From Minutocellus sp. GHC0000111 (lineage: Eukaryota), in the NCBI GenBank assembly GCA_977018835.1, contig OZ361259.1, positions 2,356,001 to 2,420,000 of the forward strand: a stretch of 64,000 nucleotides of DNA, written 5' to 3'. Below the pieces are notes generated by a model that was not told the origin of the DNA, did not search any database, and saw only the letters and a list, made by a program, of their open reading frames with translations. Made by a program: the position numbers and the translations under genes. Each line of letters begins with the position of its first letter. The stretch's first letter is position 1. Below, piece by piece: positions 1 through 11,749 of this stretch.

Positions 1-2499
1 CCGTGGCACATCTGGTGTCGACGAAGTACCCGGCAAGATCGGCATCGTTCGCCTCAACCCCGATGCTGGTGTTATTGAAGGACACGACGGTGTCAGCACC
101 AGTCCATTTGCCGACGATGTTCCCGACATGGTCACCATCAATCGCAAGCTACTGAAAACCAGCAAGCTCGGCGACAAGCACCAGCGACGCCTTGCTCTCA
201 ACTTGACATATGCCGCCGATGGCCGGTCCGGGGAGGTGAAATATCTCAACTACCAGGGGCATGACATATGATCCCTTCGGTAATTGTGCTGCTGCTGACT
301 GGAAGGACTTGAAGAATGGCACGACCAGGCCGACTACCTTCTGTGCAGATTATGACCGGTGGGAGACTTGTGTATTTGATGCCCTTGGTGACCACTGGAG
401 CGTCGATGGTGGCCTCTCTCGTACCTGCAACTCCTCTGGCAATATAGGTTTTCTCCAGGCCTTTGTTGTACCGATGTGCCAGGCTCGAAGCGATTCCTGG
501 ACTTTCAAGACCCTCACCGAAACCTTGCGAGATGATCTGCCGGATTCAATACGGGACAGCATATCTGGTCGAAGCATGCGATACGGCGGCACTACTCACC
601 TTCACGAAGATCCGTCGGTGAATCATCCAGAGCTCACGGCACGATCAGGCCACGCTCCTGCTGATAACACCAGGCACTACGTGCTATCTCGGCGGGCGAT
701 GCAACATGTGCCAATGAGGTCTCTTGCTGGCCATCCCTCTCCTCGGAAGTCCCACCGTCCTCCTCGGCTCATTGCCATCAGCACTTTGCCTGACGACATG
801 GCTCTTTTGGATCGGTTTGCAGACAAATTATATCCAATGACAATGCCTGATTTCAAGGCTGGAGGGAGGCTACGGCAGCTGGTACGGGAGGTGCTGGCCA
901 CCAACATTATGAATTTTTCGACGAAGCTGTCTTTTCTTGGAGTTGCAGGCCCTGCCGTTCGTCGGATGATGAATGTGGGGGACGAGCTCGGTATTGATCT
1001 GTCTCAATTGAAGGGGTGGTCAAGGAAGGTGGCAGATGATTTCAAGGCCATCAATGCACCGTATTCATCCGCTGAGGAGGAGCTTGCTACTGTGGTAGCT
1101 GAAAACAATCGTTTAGTATCAGATTTGCGGAAGGAGATTGCCGATTTGAAGGCTTTGGCAGCAACCAACGCAAGAACAATATGTCACCTTGAGACTCAGC
1201 TACAAAAATCGGATGCAAGGGCGCTAAATGGAACATCGGTGCCATTGATTGCTTCTGGTGGTGTTGATTCGGCGGTTGCTGGTACCAGTAGACCTGCCGG
1301 TGGCACCATCCGACGAAGAGAGCCATCCCCACCGCGATCCCCTTGCCGAAACGTGCGGCAGCGCACCGCTGGAGGTTCTGGCATTATCGGCACCGCAATA
1401 TCTGCCATTGCAGTATCGCCGGTTGCCATAGCAAGGAGAATGGTTGGAGGAGCGCCACCGCTACCGACGGCTCTTCGGCCTCCACCGCTACCAACGACGG
1501 AGCAGTTGTCAACTGTCAGCAGCGCTGGGGGCAAAAAGAAGAATAAGTGGCCGCTCATGAGCGAAATAGTAATAGAATTGGCTCGATCTGGAAAGCTGAA
1601 GTCAGGGTCGTCGCATGAATCCATGCCTCCGCCGCTGGCAATACTTCCCAGGGCTTTTGATCGCAATGAAAAGACAAAACATAAGTTGGCAATGCGTGTG
1701 GTTGATGCAGCTGTCACAAAAGATCAGGATGATGTGTTTAGAGCAGCCGAGATCGATGAGGCCGAACTAGTGGCAAAAGGAAAGGCTTTAGATCTTGAAG
1801 TCCGTCGGTGGTTGGCAAGCAAGATGAATTACCAGTAGACCTGCCGGTGGCACCATCCGACGAAGAGAGCCATCCCCACCGCGATCCCCTGGCCGAAACG
1901 TGCGGCAGCGCACCGCTGGAGGTTCTGGCATTATCGGCACCGCAATATCTGCCATTGCAGTATCGCCGGTTGCCATAGCAAGGAGAATGGTTGGAGGAGC
2001 GCCACCGCTACCGACGGCTCTTCGGCCTCTACCGCTACCAACGACGGAGCAGTTGTCAACTGTCAGCAGCGCTGGGGGCAAAAAGAAGAATAAGTGGCCG
2101 CTCATGAGCGAAATAGTAATAGAATTGGCTCGATCTGGAAAGCTGAAGTCAGGGTCGTCGCATGAATCCATGCCTCCGCCGCTGGCAATACTTCCCAGGG
2201 CTTTTGATCGCAATGAAAAGACAAAACATAAGTTGGCAATGCGTGTGGTTGATGCAGCTGTCACAAAAGATCAGGATGATGTGTTTAGAGCAGCCGAGAT
2301 CGATGAGGCCGAACTAGTGGCAAAAGGAAGGGCTTTAGATCTTGAAGTCCGTCGGTGGTTGGCAAGCAAGATGAATAAGAATCTCACCAAAAGCAGGTTG
2401 ACAGCGCAGGTGCTAGGAGTGGGAGCGAATGCCCAGAAATTACCAGACAATGCATGGCCGAGGTCCAATGGGGGTCTTTTGGGGATGTTTCGTAAATAA
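1..2499 (+). mobile_element. Disrupted Crypton-like tyrosine-recombinase element (5' part outside the window)
   Basis: Frame 2 from nt 2 reads ...LALNLTYAADGRSGEVKYLNYQG (catalytic-Arg box). After a +1 shift in the GGGG run at 256-259, ORF 261-1838 continues with DLKNG, SGRSMRYGGTTHL, ARSGH and NTRHY (K, HxxR-like, H/W and Y positions). A 547-bp tandem duplication breaks the C-terminus. No RT or gag visible. Confidence 0.7.
1283..2376 (+). repeat. 547-bp head-to-tail tandem duplication (1283-1829 / 1830-2376)
   Basis: Both copies start TACCAGTAGACCTGCC and end AAGATGAAT, with about 3 substitutions seen. The length is not a multiple of 3, giving a stop at 1836-1838. Confidence 0.95.
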
Positions 2500-2786
2500 G
2501 TAATCATTCATTACCAACACATGTAGTAAACATGAAGTTACCGGTAGTGACATGTAGACTCGCCGAGCAGAGATGCTTTTATCATTTCGCTCCCTTTTCC
2601 TTCTTTTTCCTTCTTTCTCCTCTTTTTCTTTCCGCGGGTAAAGTTTGCCCTGCGGGTAAACTTGGGAATTTTTGCAATTTTTTTTTGCTTTTTCGCTTGT
2701 TTGGTCTGGCCGTCCGTCCGTCAAACGAAGTCATCCAAAGTTACAACCATTTTTGCCGGGGGCGGTATCGATACCATAGCTACGCC

Positions 2787-5700
2787 ATGTCGTCCGCCAA
2801 CACGTGGTGCTCTGACGCCCTCCACAGCCTAGTGGGCTTCGCCGACAGCGCTCTGGCGTCGTATCTTGTCTCCGTGGCGAAAGGAGCATCATCGTCGAGA
2901 GAAATCCTTCAGGTGTTGCGAGACGGCGACGTAACGCCAGCCGACGGAGGAGGTGATGCCGCGCTGCAGAGGTTTGCCAATGAGCTGTTTGCGAGGTGCA
3001 AGGGAAGCAGTAATGGTGGCGGCGGTGGCGGTGGTGGTGGTGGTCCACGGAGCAGTAAAAAGCCATCGGCCTCGAGATCGACCCCCACTCATGCAGAGAT
3101 GATGAAGCAGGCAAACACTTACGAAATGCTGGATGACGAAGACGACTATCGTCCAGTGGCTCCTCCTCCAGTTGCCAAGGTTGCGTCTAAACCCAAGCCA
3201 TCGTCGGCTCCGGAGAAGAAGAGTTCAAAAAGTGACGATCGCGGCGGCAATGGTAGCCGACGCGACCAAAAGGCGGACAGAGTCAGAGAGAGAAAGAAGC
3301 GCCGAAGACGCCGTTCGTCTTCCTCCTCGTCGGGAGGGTCGTCGGCATCTGACGATGATCGGGACCGCAGATATCGCGGCAGTGCTTCGCGGAGGGAGGA
3401 GGCCGAAGAGCGTCGGATACAACGCAGAAAGGCCAGGAGGAGGCGTGATGATTCGTCTTCTTCTGGTAATGACTCGTATGACGACGAAGATGGTGGCTAT
3501 CGAAGACGACGAAACGGCCAAGATGAAGCGGAACGTACCACTTCGTCCAAGCCGCTGACGGAAGAGGAGCGCGCTGAGATCGAACGCGAACGTGACTTAA
3601 GGGAACGGGATGAATTTGCCGCGCGTTTGGCCGAGAGGGATAAGGCCAAGTCCAAGAATCTGGATGAGAGAGGTCCGAATGGGAAGAATGATGCTCAAGA
3701 GATTGCTCGGCGTCGTGAGGAGTACGAGCGACGTCTTGCTCGGGGAGAGGAGGTTGTTGATGAGGCTACCGGCAAGGTGTTGACACTCGATCGGCTGAGA
3801 GAGGAGAGTCGCCGTGCCTATCTCAAGAAGCGTGAGGAGCGAGAGCTGACTCTGTTGGAGAAATCTCTCGAGGATGAGAAGGAGCAATCTGGAGAGGGCC
3901 TCACCGAAAAGGAACGCGAGCGCATCCGGTTGGGGAGAGAAATTCTGAAGATGGCCAAGGGAAGAGGAAAGGCCGGTGCAGAGGACGAAGACGAAAATGA
4001 TGGCTTCTACAGACTGCCAGATGAGTACGAGGAGAAGGAGGGCACCAAGGCCCAGAAGGATCAGGCTTTGCTGTCGAGCCGTTATGTTGAAGAGAAGGGT
4101 GAAAAGTCGGAACAGCAGCTCTGGGAGGAAGAGCAGACTGCCCGCGCCGCTGGAATGGCCGGTGGCAAGAAAGGCAAGAAAGATGAAAAGGAATATGAGT
4201 TGGTCTTTGAGGATCAGATCGATTTTGTGATGACCGGCACATCTGCTGGTTACGATAAGCGTGATAAGAAGCACATCCCTCGTGGCGATGGCCGCCGAAG
4301 CGACGATTCCGTCTCCTCTGATTCGTCTAGGTCGCGATCCCGCTCGCCGTCCACTGCCAGAGCGGAAAGGAGCAAGAAGATATTGGAATCTCGCCCTTTG
4401 TCCCACCGCGAAAAGATGCTTGAGGGCCGCAAGAAGCTTCCAATCTATCCCTATCGCGAGGAATTGCTCTCTGCCATCAAAGATCATCAGGTTTTGATCG
4501 TAGTGGCCGAGACTGGCTCAGGAAAAACGACTCAAATTACACAGTTCCTGCATGAGGTTGGATACACCGAGCTCGGAAAGGTGGGGTGCACGCAGCCTCG
4601 GCGAGTTGCGGCCATGTCCGTCGCTGCGCGCGTAGCAGATGAAATGGATGTGCGAGTTGGTCACGAGGTGGGCTACAGCATCCGTTTCGAGAACTGTACC
4701 AGCAAGAAAACTGTCATTCAGTACATGACCGATGGTATGCTGCTGCGTGAGTTCCTTACGGAGCCTGATCTAGCAAGCTACTCCTGTCTTGTCATCGATG
4801 AGGCTCACGAACGGACTTTGCACACCGACATTTTATTCGGCTTGGTGAAGGACATAGTTCGGTTCCGAAGCGATTTGAAGCTCATCATCAGTAGCGCCAC
4901 TCTCGATGCTGAGAAATTTAGCAATTACTTCGATGGGGCATCGATCTTTATGGTCCCCGGCCGCATGTTTCCAGTCGATATATACTACACCAAGCAACCT
5001 GAGGCCGACTATGTTGATGCCGCTGTTGTAACGGTGCTGCAAATTCACATCTCACAGCCACTGAATGGAGATATTCTTGTGTTTCTCACTGGACAAGAAG
5101 AGATTGAGACTGCGGCAGAAATCTTGACTCAACGAACCCGTGGGCTTGGATCGCGCATCAAAGAGCTCATCATTTGTCCTATCTATGCCAATCTTCCATC
5201 CGAGCAGCAGGCCAAGATTTTTGAGAAGACCCCCAAGGATGCTCGAAAGGTGGTCATTGCGACAAACATTGCCGAAACATCGCTCACCATCAATGGCATC
5301 TGCTTCGTTATCGACACGGGATTCAATAAGCAAAAGAGTTTCAACGCAAGAAGTGGTATGGAGTCCCTTCAGGTGACGCCGGTGTCGCAAGCTGCTGCGA
5401 ACCAAAGAGCGGGACGTGCCGGACGTACGCAGCCCGGCAAATGCTTTCGGCTCTTCACGGCGTGGTCCTTCCATAATGAATTGGAAGTAAACACCGTACC
5501 TGAAATAATGCGCACAAACATGTGCAACGTCGTGCTGATGCTCAAATCTCTTGGCATCAATGATTTGCTAAATTTCGATTTCATGGATGCTCCTCCAGCC
5601 GAGACTCTCATCCGAGCTCTGGAGCAACTGTATGCTCTGGGCGCACTGAATGACCGCGGTGAACTGACCAAGCTCGGTCGACGGATGGCAGAGTTCCCGC

Positions 5701-6377
5701 TGGAGCCTATGCTAAGTAAGAGTGTTATTGCATCGGAGAAGTATGAGTGTGTGTCTGAGGTTCTTTCTACCGTTTCCATGCTTTCCATCGGTGCATCTGT
5801 ATTTTATAGGCCCAAGGAAAAGGCCGTGCACGCTGATACGGCGAGGATGAACTTTGCTCGTGGGGGTGGTGGCGATCATATTTCACTTCTTCGGTGCTAC
5901 ACTGAATGGGCCGAGGCAGATTTCTCGACACAGTGGTGCTTCGAGAATTTCGTTCAGGTGCGAAGCATGCGCAAGGCTCGAGATATCCGTGAACAGCTCG
6001 AGGGATTGTGTGAACGAGTCGAAATCGATCAGACTGTATCATCTCCCGATGACATTGATGCGACCCTCAAAGCAATCACTGCCGGTTTCTTTTACAACAC
6101 CGCCAAGCTGGGAAAGTCTGGCGATTATCAGACCATCAAGCAAAATCGCACTGTATATATCCACCCAAGCAGTGTCCTTGCGAAGGAAGCCAAGGAAGGT
6201 GAAAATTTGCCCGCTTGGTTGGTGTACTTTGAGCTGGCCTTTACCACCAAGGAATTTATGAGGCAAGTTGCGCCCATTGAACCCGGCTGGCTCGTCGAGA
6301 TCGCTCCTCATTTTTACCAACAAAGTGATATCGAGGATGCGAAGACGAAGAAGTTGCCGAAGAGCCGGAAGCGATAG
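2787..6377 (+). CDS. DHX16: Spliceosomal DEAH-box RNA helicase (DHX16/Prp2)
   Basis: N-terminal PWI-like region (WCSDALHSLVGF), AETGSGKTTQ, TQPRRVAAMSVA, DEAH, SAT, QRAGRAGR, HA2/OB C-terminus. Start taken at ATG 2787. Confidence 0.93.
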   Translation: MSSANTWCSDALHSLVGFADSALASYLVSVAKGASSSREILQVLRDGDVTPADGGGDAALQRFANELFARCKGSSNGGGGGGGGGGPRSSKKPSASRSTPTHAEMMKQANTYEMLDDEDDYRPVAPPPVAKVASKPKPSSAPEKKSSKSDDRGGNGSRRDQKADRVRERKKRRRRRSSSSSSGGSSASDDDRDRRYRGSASRREEAEERRIQRRKARRRRDDSSSSGNDSYDDEDGGYRRRRNGQDEAERTTSSKPLTEEERAEIERERDLRERDEFAARLAERDKAKSKNLDERGPNGKNDAQEIARRREEYERRLARGEEVVDEATGKVLTLDRLREESRRAYLKKREERELTLLEKSLEDEKEQSGEGLTEKERERIRLGREILKMAKGRGKAGAEDEDENDGFYRLPDEYEEKEGTKAQKDQALLSSRYVEEKGEKSEQQLWEEEQTARAAGMAGGKKGKKDEKEYELVFEDQIDFVMTGTSAGYDKRDKKHIPRGDGRRSDDSVSSDSSRSRSRSPSTARAERSKKILESRPLSHREKMLEGRKKLPIYPYREELLSAIKDHQVLIVVAETGSGKTTQITQFLHEVGYTELGKVGCTQPRRVAAMSVAARVADEMDVRVGHEVGYSIRFENCTSKKTVIQYMTDGMLLREFLTEPDLASYSCLVIDEAHERTLHTDILFGLVKDIVRFRSDLKLIISSATLDAEKFSNYFDGASIFMVPGRMFPVDIYYTKQPEADYVDAAVVTVLQIHISQPLNGDILVFLTGQEEIETAAEILTQRTRGLGSRIKELIICPIYANLPSEQQAKIFEKTPKDARKVVIATNIAETSLTINGICFVIDTGFNKQKSFNARSGMESLQVTPVSQAAANQRAGRAGRTQPGKCFRLFTAWSFHNELEVNTVPEIMRTNMCNVVLMLKSLGINDLLNFDFMDAPPAETLIRALEQLYALGALNDRGELTKLGRRMAEFPLEPMLSKSVIASEKYECVSEVLSTVSMLSIGASVFYRPKEKAVHADTARMNFARGGGGDHISLLRCYTEWAEADFSTQWCFENFVQVRSMRKARDIREQLEGLCERVEIDQTVSSPDDIDATLKAITAGFFYNTAKLGKSGDYQTIKQNRTVYIHPSSVLAKEAKEGENLPAWLVYFELAFTTKEFMRQVAPIEPGWLVEIAPHFYQQSDIEDAKTKKLPKSRKR

Positions 6378-6391
6378 GCATAGATCTAGGA

Positions 6392-6403
6392 ATATATATA
6401 TAT

Positions 6404-6434
<31 letters not shown>

Positions 6435-6449
6435 GTTAGTTATACATAT

Positions 6450-6488
<39 letters not shown>
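6392..6488. repeat. (TA)n microsatellite on the left flank of TIR element copy 1
   Basis: Interrupted TA run containing an orphan GTTAGT, which matches the element terminus, near 6435. Confidence 0.9.
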
Positions 6489-6491
<3 letters not shown>

Positions 6492-7166
6492 AGTCCCAAA
6501 ATGCGCACTGTCCCAGTTCGCGAACTGGGATCCCAGTTTGCGAACTAGGATTTATTTATCCCAGTTTGGAAACTGGGATCATAGGCACAATCTCAGTTTG
6601 CAAACTGGGATCAATCGAGAAATAATGAATATTTAGCATGGATGATATCGCCTTTGCTTCTCCTCGCTTCATTTTTTCATAGTGAAGCAACACAGCCCAA
6701 ACCTGGTCCAGACGTCCAGACGACATTAGTGCCGGAGCTGATACTCAATAAATTGGCATTAGCTGATACTAAATACATATAGTGAATAAATAATAATATC
6801 TAGCTAGCTGCTTCTGGCAAATATAAGTCATGAACTGTACATGCATCTGTGCTATGCCGGGATCATGTTGCTACTGTACCAGTACATGTAGCTTGCAAAT
6901 TCAAGATATGATGCACAGTGCAACTTGTATTGTAGATAGATCTACCAGTACATAATCATTGTGCATGAGCCAACACCGGCAGTTACCATTCTGACACTTG
7001 CCGAGAATGCCAGTTTCCAAACTGGTATTCATTTTTGTTCCAGTTCGCGAACTCGTCTGGTTCCCAAATTCGGATTGGCGTGTTTATCTCAGTTTCCATT
7101 CTGGTAGCATCAGTGCGCAAACTGAGATCCTAGTTTGGGAACTGGGGCCCAGTGCGCAAACTGGGA

Positions 7167-7170
<4 letters not shown>
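6489..7170. mobile_element. 682-bp non-autonomous TIR element (MITE) embedded in (TA)n, copy 1
   Basis: Left end GTTAGTCCCAAAATGCGCACTG versus reverse complement of right end GTTATCCCAGTTTGCGCACTG. Many subterminal quasi-palindromes CCCAGTT(T/C)G(C/G)(G/A)AACTGGG. TA arrays on both sides. Near-identical copy at 28831-29512. Confidence 0.85.
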
Positions 7171-7219
<49 letters not shown>

Positions 7220-7229
7220 ATATAATATA
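7171..7229. repeat. (TA)n microsatellite on the right flank of TIR element copy 1
   Basis: Direct reading of the TA run. Confidence 0.9.
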
Positions 7230-7398
7230 AGGTTGAATTATTCTACAGCTACCAAATAAGAAATTACATTACAAACATTTTCTTACTTTCTTCTATAAGT
7301 TATCTCTTTCTCTCTATTCGAATACACCACTCATGCTTGAAAAGAAACTACAAAACACGTAGACCTTTTGCCTCCCAGTGGCTCGTGGGAAAGATTAC

Positions 7399-10300
7399 TT
7401 AGGCAGAAACATCCATCGGCTGAGGCTGGGCATCACCTTGCTGATCGCCGGACGGAGCTGCTTGTGCTCCCTCGGCCTGAGCCTTTTCGGCCTGTGCCTT
7501 GGCTGCTGCCGCCTCGGCCTTCTTCTTTTGATCCTCAATGATGGCTTTCTGCTCCGCTTGTTCCTTCTTCTTGCGAATCTCGTCGTTTTCTTTCTCAATC
7601 AAGCGAACGACTGCCTCGCAGCGCTTCTGGATCTCTTGGGCGTTGCGAGATTTGAAGAACCAATCGAAGCGGAACTGCCAAGCCCGGCGAATTTCCATCC
7701 GAATGCGCTCGGCCATGCCAAAGCCGTGCTTCCACATGCAGTACAGCAAGAAGGCATCCTCCTCCTCGGTATAGGCCCGGTAGCCCTTCCAGTTCTGACC
7801 GTAGTTGAACTTGATGGTCGGCCAAGTGTACTGAAGAAGCTGGTCCGGAGTCGGCACATCGGGGATAGGGGTGGGCTTCTTGGGAGTACCCTTTGGCTTT
7901 GGAGATGACGACCTTTTGGAGGGAGTGCTGCTGGTGCTGGTGGCAGCTGCGGCGGCGGCGGTGGCCTCCTCCTTCTGCTTCTTGAGTGCGTCGATGCCCT
8001 TGTAGATCTCACGAAACTTTTCTTTCAGGTGACGATCGACCTTCTCGTTGATGGAATCACGGATCTGGCGCAGCCTGAGGATTTTCTTCTCACCCTTTTC
8101 GATCCTATCGATGATCCTCTTGTGATCTGCGATCCTCTCAAAGTTCGACCAGAATGCAATGTAGTACTTCTTCACGTCGTCCTCGGCCTTTCCAACCTCA
8201 GCCGCGACGTCGTCTACTATACTAACGATGTCGTAACGTCCGTGCTTTTCCATACTGGAGCAGAAGCACTTAAAGTCCTTTCGAATCCAGTCCGGAAATC
8301 CCTCGCCGAGTAGTCTCTTCTTCTCGTCCTGGTCCTCCTGGCTCAGTTTGAAGTCGGTATCGAGACGAGCTTCAAGGTCTTCGGCCTTCTGGGTGAGTTC
8401 CTCCATACTTTCGCCCGGTGCGACAGATACCCTCGAATTGTTGAGTGAGGGGGCACTTCTAGCCTTGGTTCTGATGGCCTCGATAGCCTTGATCTGTGCT
8501 TCCTTCTTGGCTGCAATTTCCCGCTCAAGCTGCGTAATCTGATCGAGTCTTGGCCGATTGTACAGCTGGAAATCCTGGAAGACTGGTCCCTTCCTCTTTT
8601 TCCGAGCAGCAGCATCGGCCGCATGGGCACGCATACCAGAGGACCCGCCAGCATTCATGGCATCTCTGAAGTATTCATTGACGTCGTAGTTGCGCTTGCG
8701 CTCGCGCTGCGGGAGGTTGATGAAGTTGCCCGCGTTCTTGTTCTTGTCGCGGTAATTTTCACCACCGAACGAAAAAGTGTCCGGTCCACCGTCGTCGCCG
8801 AGCAGCGAAAAGCTGGCAAGATCGTGCTTGGCGTCCTTCTGGAGCTTGGCTTGCATCTCCTCGGTACGGGCGTCACCCTTGGCAATGAGAGCATCGATAT
8901 CGTCGTCCGTGTACGTTCCGCCCTTGCCACTGAGGATCTGGTCGGCGCCGAATCGTACCATGTGCATTAGCTCATCCTTGCCGAGAGCCGTGTTTTGTTC
9001 GGCAAGACGGCCCTGCTGAATGACGGCGGCATCAAGGAAGAGCTTACGGTCGGCACGCTCCATAATTTTCTCTTCTACGGTACCGTCCGCAATGAAGCGG
9101 AAGACCTGGACCGGCTTCTTCTGACCGATTCGGTGGGCGCGGTCCATGGCCTGCAAATCGACCTGAGGATTCCAATCACTGTCGTACAAAATGACAATAT
9201 CGGCAGTGGCAAGGTTGATGCCAAGACCACCGGCACGCGTACTGAGGAGGAAACAGAATTTGGGAGAGCCCTCGGCATTGAACTCGTCCATCTGGGCATC
9301 GCGACTTTCACCGTCCGTGTTTCCATCGATACGGCAGTATCCGTACTGTTGGAGACGCATGTAGTCTTCCATGATGTCGAGGACACGAGTCATCTGCGTG
9401 AAGATGAGCACACGGGAGCCCTGAGCCTTGAGCTTGGGAAGGAGCTTGTGGAGGAGGGACATCTTGCCCGAGTTCTCCCAAAGATGAGGGCCATCGGTGT
9501 AGGGCGGTCCTGGCTCGGCACCATCGAAGAGGTAGGGGTGATTGCAGACCTTGCGAAGCTGCATGAGGATATTGAGTAGCCGGACCTTGTTGGGACCAAC
9601 GAGACTGTTGAGCTCGTGAGCATCCTTGGACAGGATCTTCTTGTACCACTGCTGCTGCATGGGAGTGAGGCCGATGAACAGCTTGGTCTCCTTCTTGGGT
9701 GGTACGGAACAGGCCACATCCTTCTTCACTCGACGGAGCATAAAGGGACGGAGGACGGTGTGCAGTTTCTTCACGACGTTCTCCTGGCCCTTCTCACCGG
9801 ATACGTTGAACCACTCGTCGAACTGCTCGGCATCACCAAAGATTTCGGGAAGGAGGAAGTTCAGGAGGGCCCACAATTCGTGGAGGTTGTTCTGGAGGGG
9901 AGTACCGGTGATGAGGATGCGATGCTCCGTCTTCATGGTACGAACGACCATGCTGAGGGACGAATTCTCGTTCTTGATGCGATGGGCCTCATCGATGATG
10001 AGGTACTTCCAATCGATCTTCCCCAGTGGACCCTTCTCCTTCAAAATAGCCTCGTAGGAGGTAACGAGCACATCGAACTTGTGCTTCCCGGTATTGGGAT
10101 CCTTGGGCAGCTCGTTCTGGACGACGTTTCGGCGCTCTTCCTTGGTACCGCCCATCTTGACGGGACGGATGCTGGGGCACCACTTGCGAATCTCACGGAT
10201 CCAGTTGCCAAGGACGGACTTTGGAACCACAACAATGTGCGGCCCACGCATGCCACGGCTCTCGCGAAGGTACGCCAGAAGCGAAATGGTTTGCAATGTC

Positions 10301-11530
10301 TTTCCCAGACCTGAATGAAATGTAAATATGGGAGGAAGAAACGATTTGGGCGTCAGAGTTTACAGTAGTTGTATCAGAAGCGCCAATATGTGGGCAACAC
10401 ATTTACCGGTAAATGTAGACAAATGCATGCATTGTACGAGACACTTACCCATCTCGTCGGCAAGGATGCCATTGATGCCGTGATCGTGGAGCTTGATGAG
10501 CCAGTTGAGACCCTCGAGCTGGTAGGCATGCATCTTGCAGTGGCTGGCGAGGTTGCCCGGCTGCTTGTCGAGACGGATGGTGCGGCGGTGGGACTGGGCC
10601 GTCTTCATGAGCTGGGCATCCTCCTGCGCCTCGGTCATGCGGCCCTTCTTGGCGCCACGGCCGCCCTTCTTGCCCTTCTTCTTCTTCTTGTCGTCGATGG
10701 CCACGGAGCCGGCGAGGAAGTGGGCGAAAACGTCGGACTGCTTGATGAGGTAGTCGATCTTGTTGAAGCTGCCGCCTCCGGCGGCGGCCTCCTCCTTCTC
10801 GAGGGCCTCCTTCTCGGCCCTCATGAGCTCCATCTGCTCCTTGCGGACTTCCTCGAGCTCGTGAACGTCCTCGTTGGCCAACTCGTCGGCCTTGTCGTCG
10901 TCGGTGTCGCCGGTGGTTTTGGCACCACCAGTAGCAGTAGCGGCGGCACCGGTGGCAGCAGCGGCGGCATCGTCGTCATCGGCAATGCTGCTCTCCTTGT
11001 CGTCGGCCATCTCCTCGTCATCGCCTTCCATGTCCAGGCCTGTTGTGTATCGTCAAGTGTGAACATGGTGTTCGTAAATATGCGTGCGTGTGTGCGTGCG
11101 TGGGACAGCAGTAACCGGCGGAGCAGTCGGGAGGGATTGCACGGAGAGCAAAAGGGATGTTAGGCACAAGCGACAATAAAACAAGCTGCAAAGATACCAC
11201 AAAGATAGGCACATTGACATCTAATGTACTCGTTGCATTGGCTTTAGGATCAACTCAAAGAGAAGGCGTAGATACATGAGCGGCGGTAGAAAACGAACGG
11301 CTCTCAGAGGTCCATTGGCTTGTTTATTTTGCTGCTGTTGCCCTTCGTCACACACGGTCCACAAATTTGGTGCTCCCCCGGGCAAAAAGATACCGGGCAC
11401 AAGACGTGTCGCATTCGCCACCGAGTCCCCACGGAGTTAACTCGCACTCACCCGACATTTCCACATCGGAATCATCGTCGGCGGCGGCCGCGGCAGCGGC
11501 GGCAGCTGGCTTGGCGTCGTCGTCCGCCAT
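7399..11530 (-). CDS. ISWI: ISWI/SNF2H chromatin-remodelling ATPase; exons 11530-11452, 11039-10449, 10310-7399
   Basis: [14 protein letters not shown] across a GT-AG intron, [34 protein letters not shown], and HAND-SANT-SLIDE C-terminus ([12 protein letters not shown]). Confidence 0.93.
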
Positions 11531-11749
11531 GGTTGCTGAATATGAAAAATGAGGTTGCCTGTGCGTGCGAGCGAGCCGGCAAGCCTGCAGGCCTTATAAA
11601 AATTTAGCTGTCGTCATCCGGAAACTTTTGTCTCTGCGTCATCGCTTCGCTTCATGCTCACTTTGTGTTCTCCGCTCTCACATGCCACCGCCAGCTACTA
11701 GACTAGTCTAGAGTACCAGCGGGCCAATACACAGACTCAAACACGAGCC

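Noticed and set aside
2532..2786. N-terminal extension of DHX16 in the ORF track
   Set aside because: T-rich, non-coding-like sequence; the conserved region starts at ATG 2787.
6392..6488. TA arrays as telomeric sequence
   Set aside because: Simple dinucleotide runs in an internal position with no TTAGGG-like units.
6489..7170. Repeated palindromes resembling a CRISPR array
   Set aside because: Irregular spacing, no unique spacers, no cas genes, eukaryotic context; they are TE subterminal repeats.
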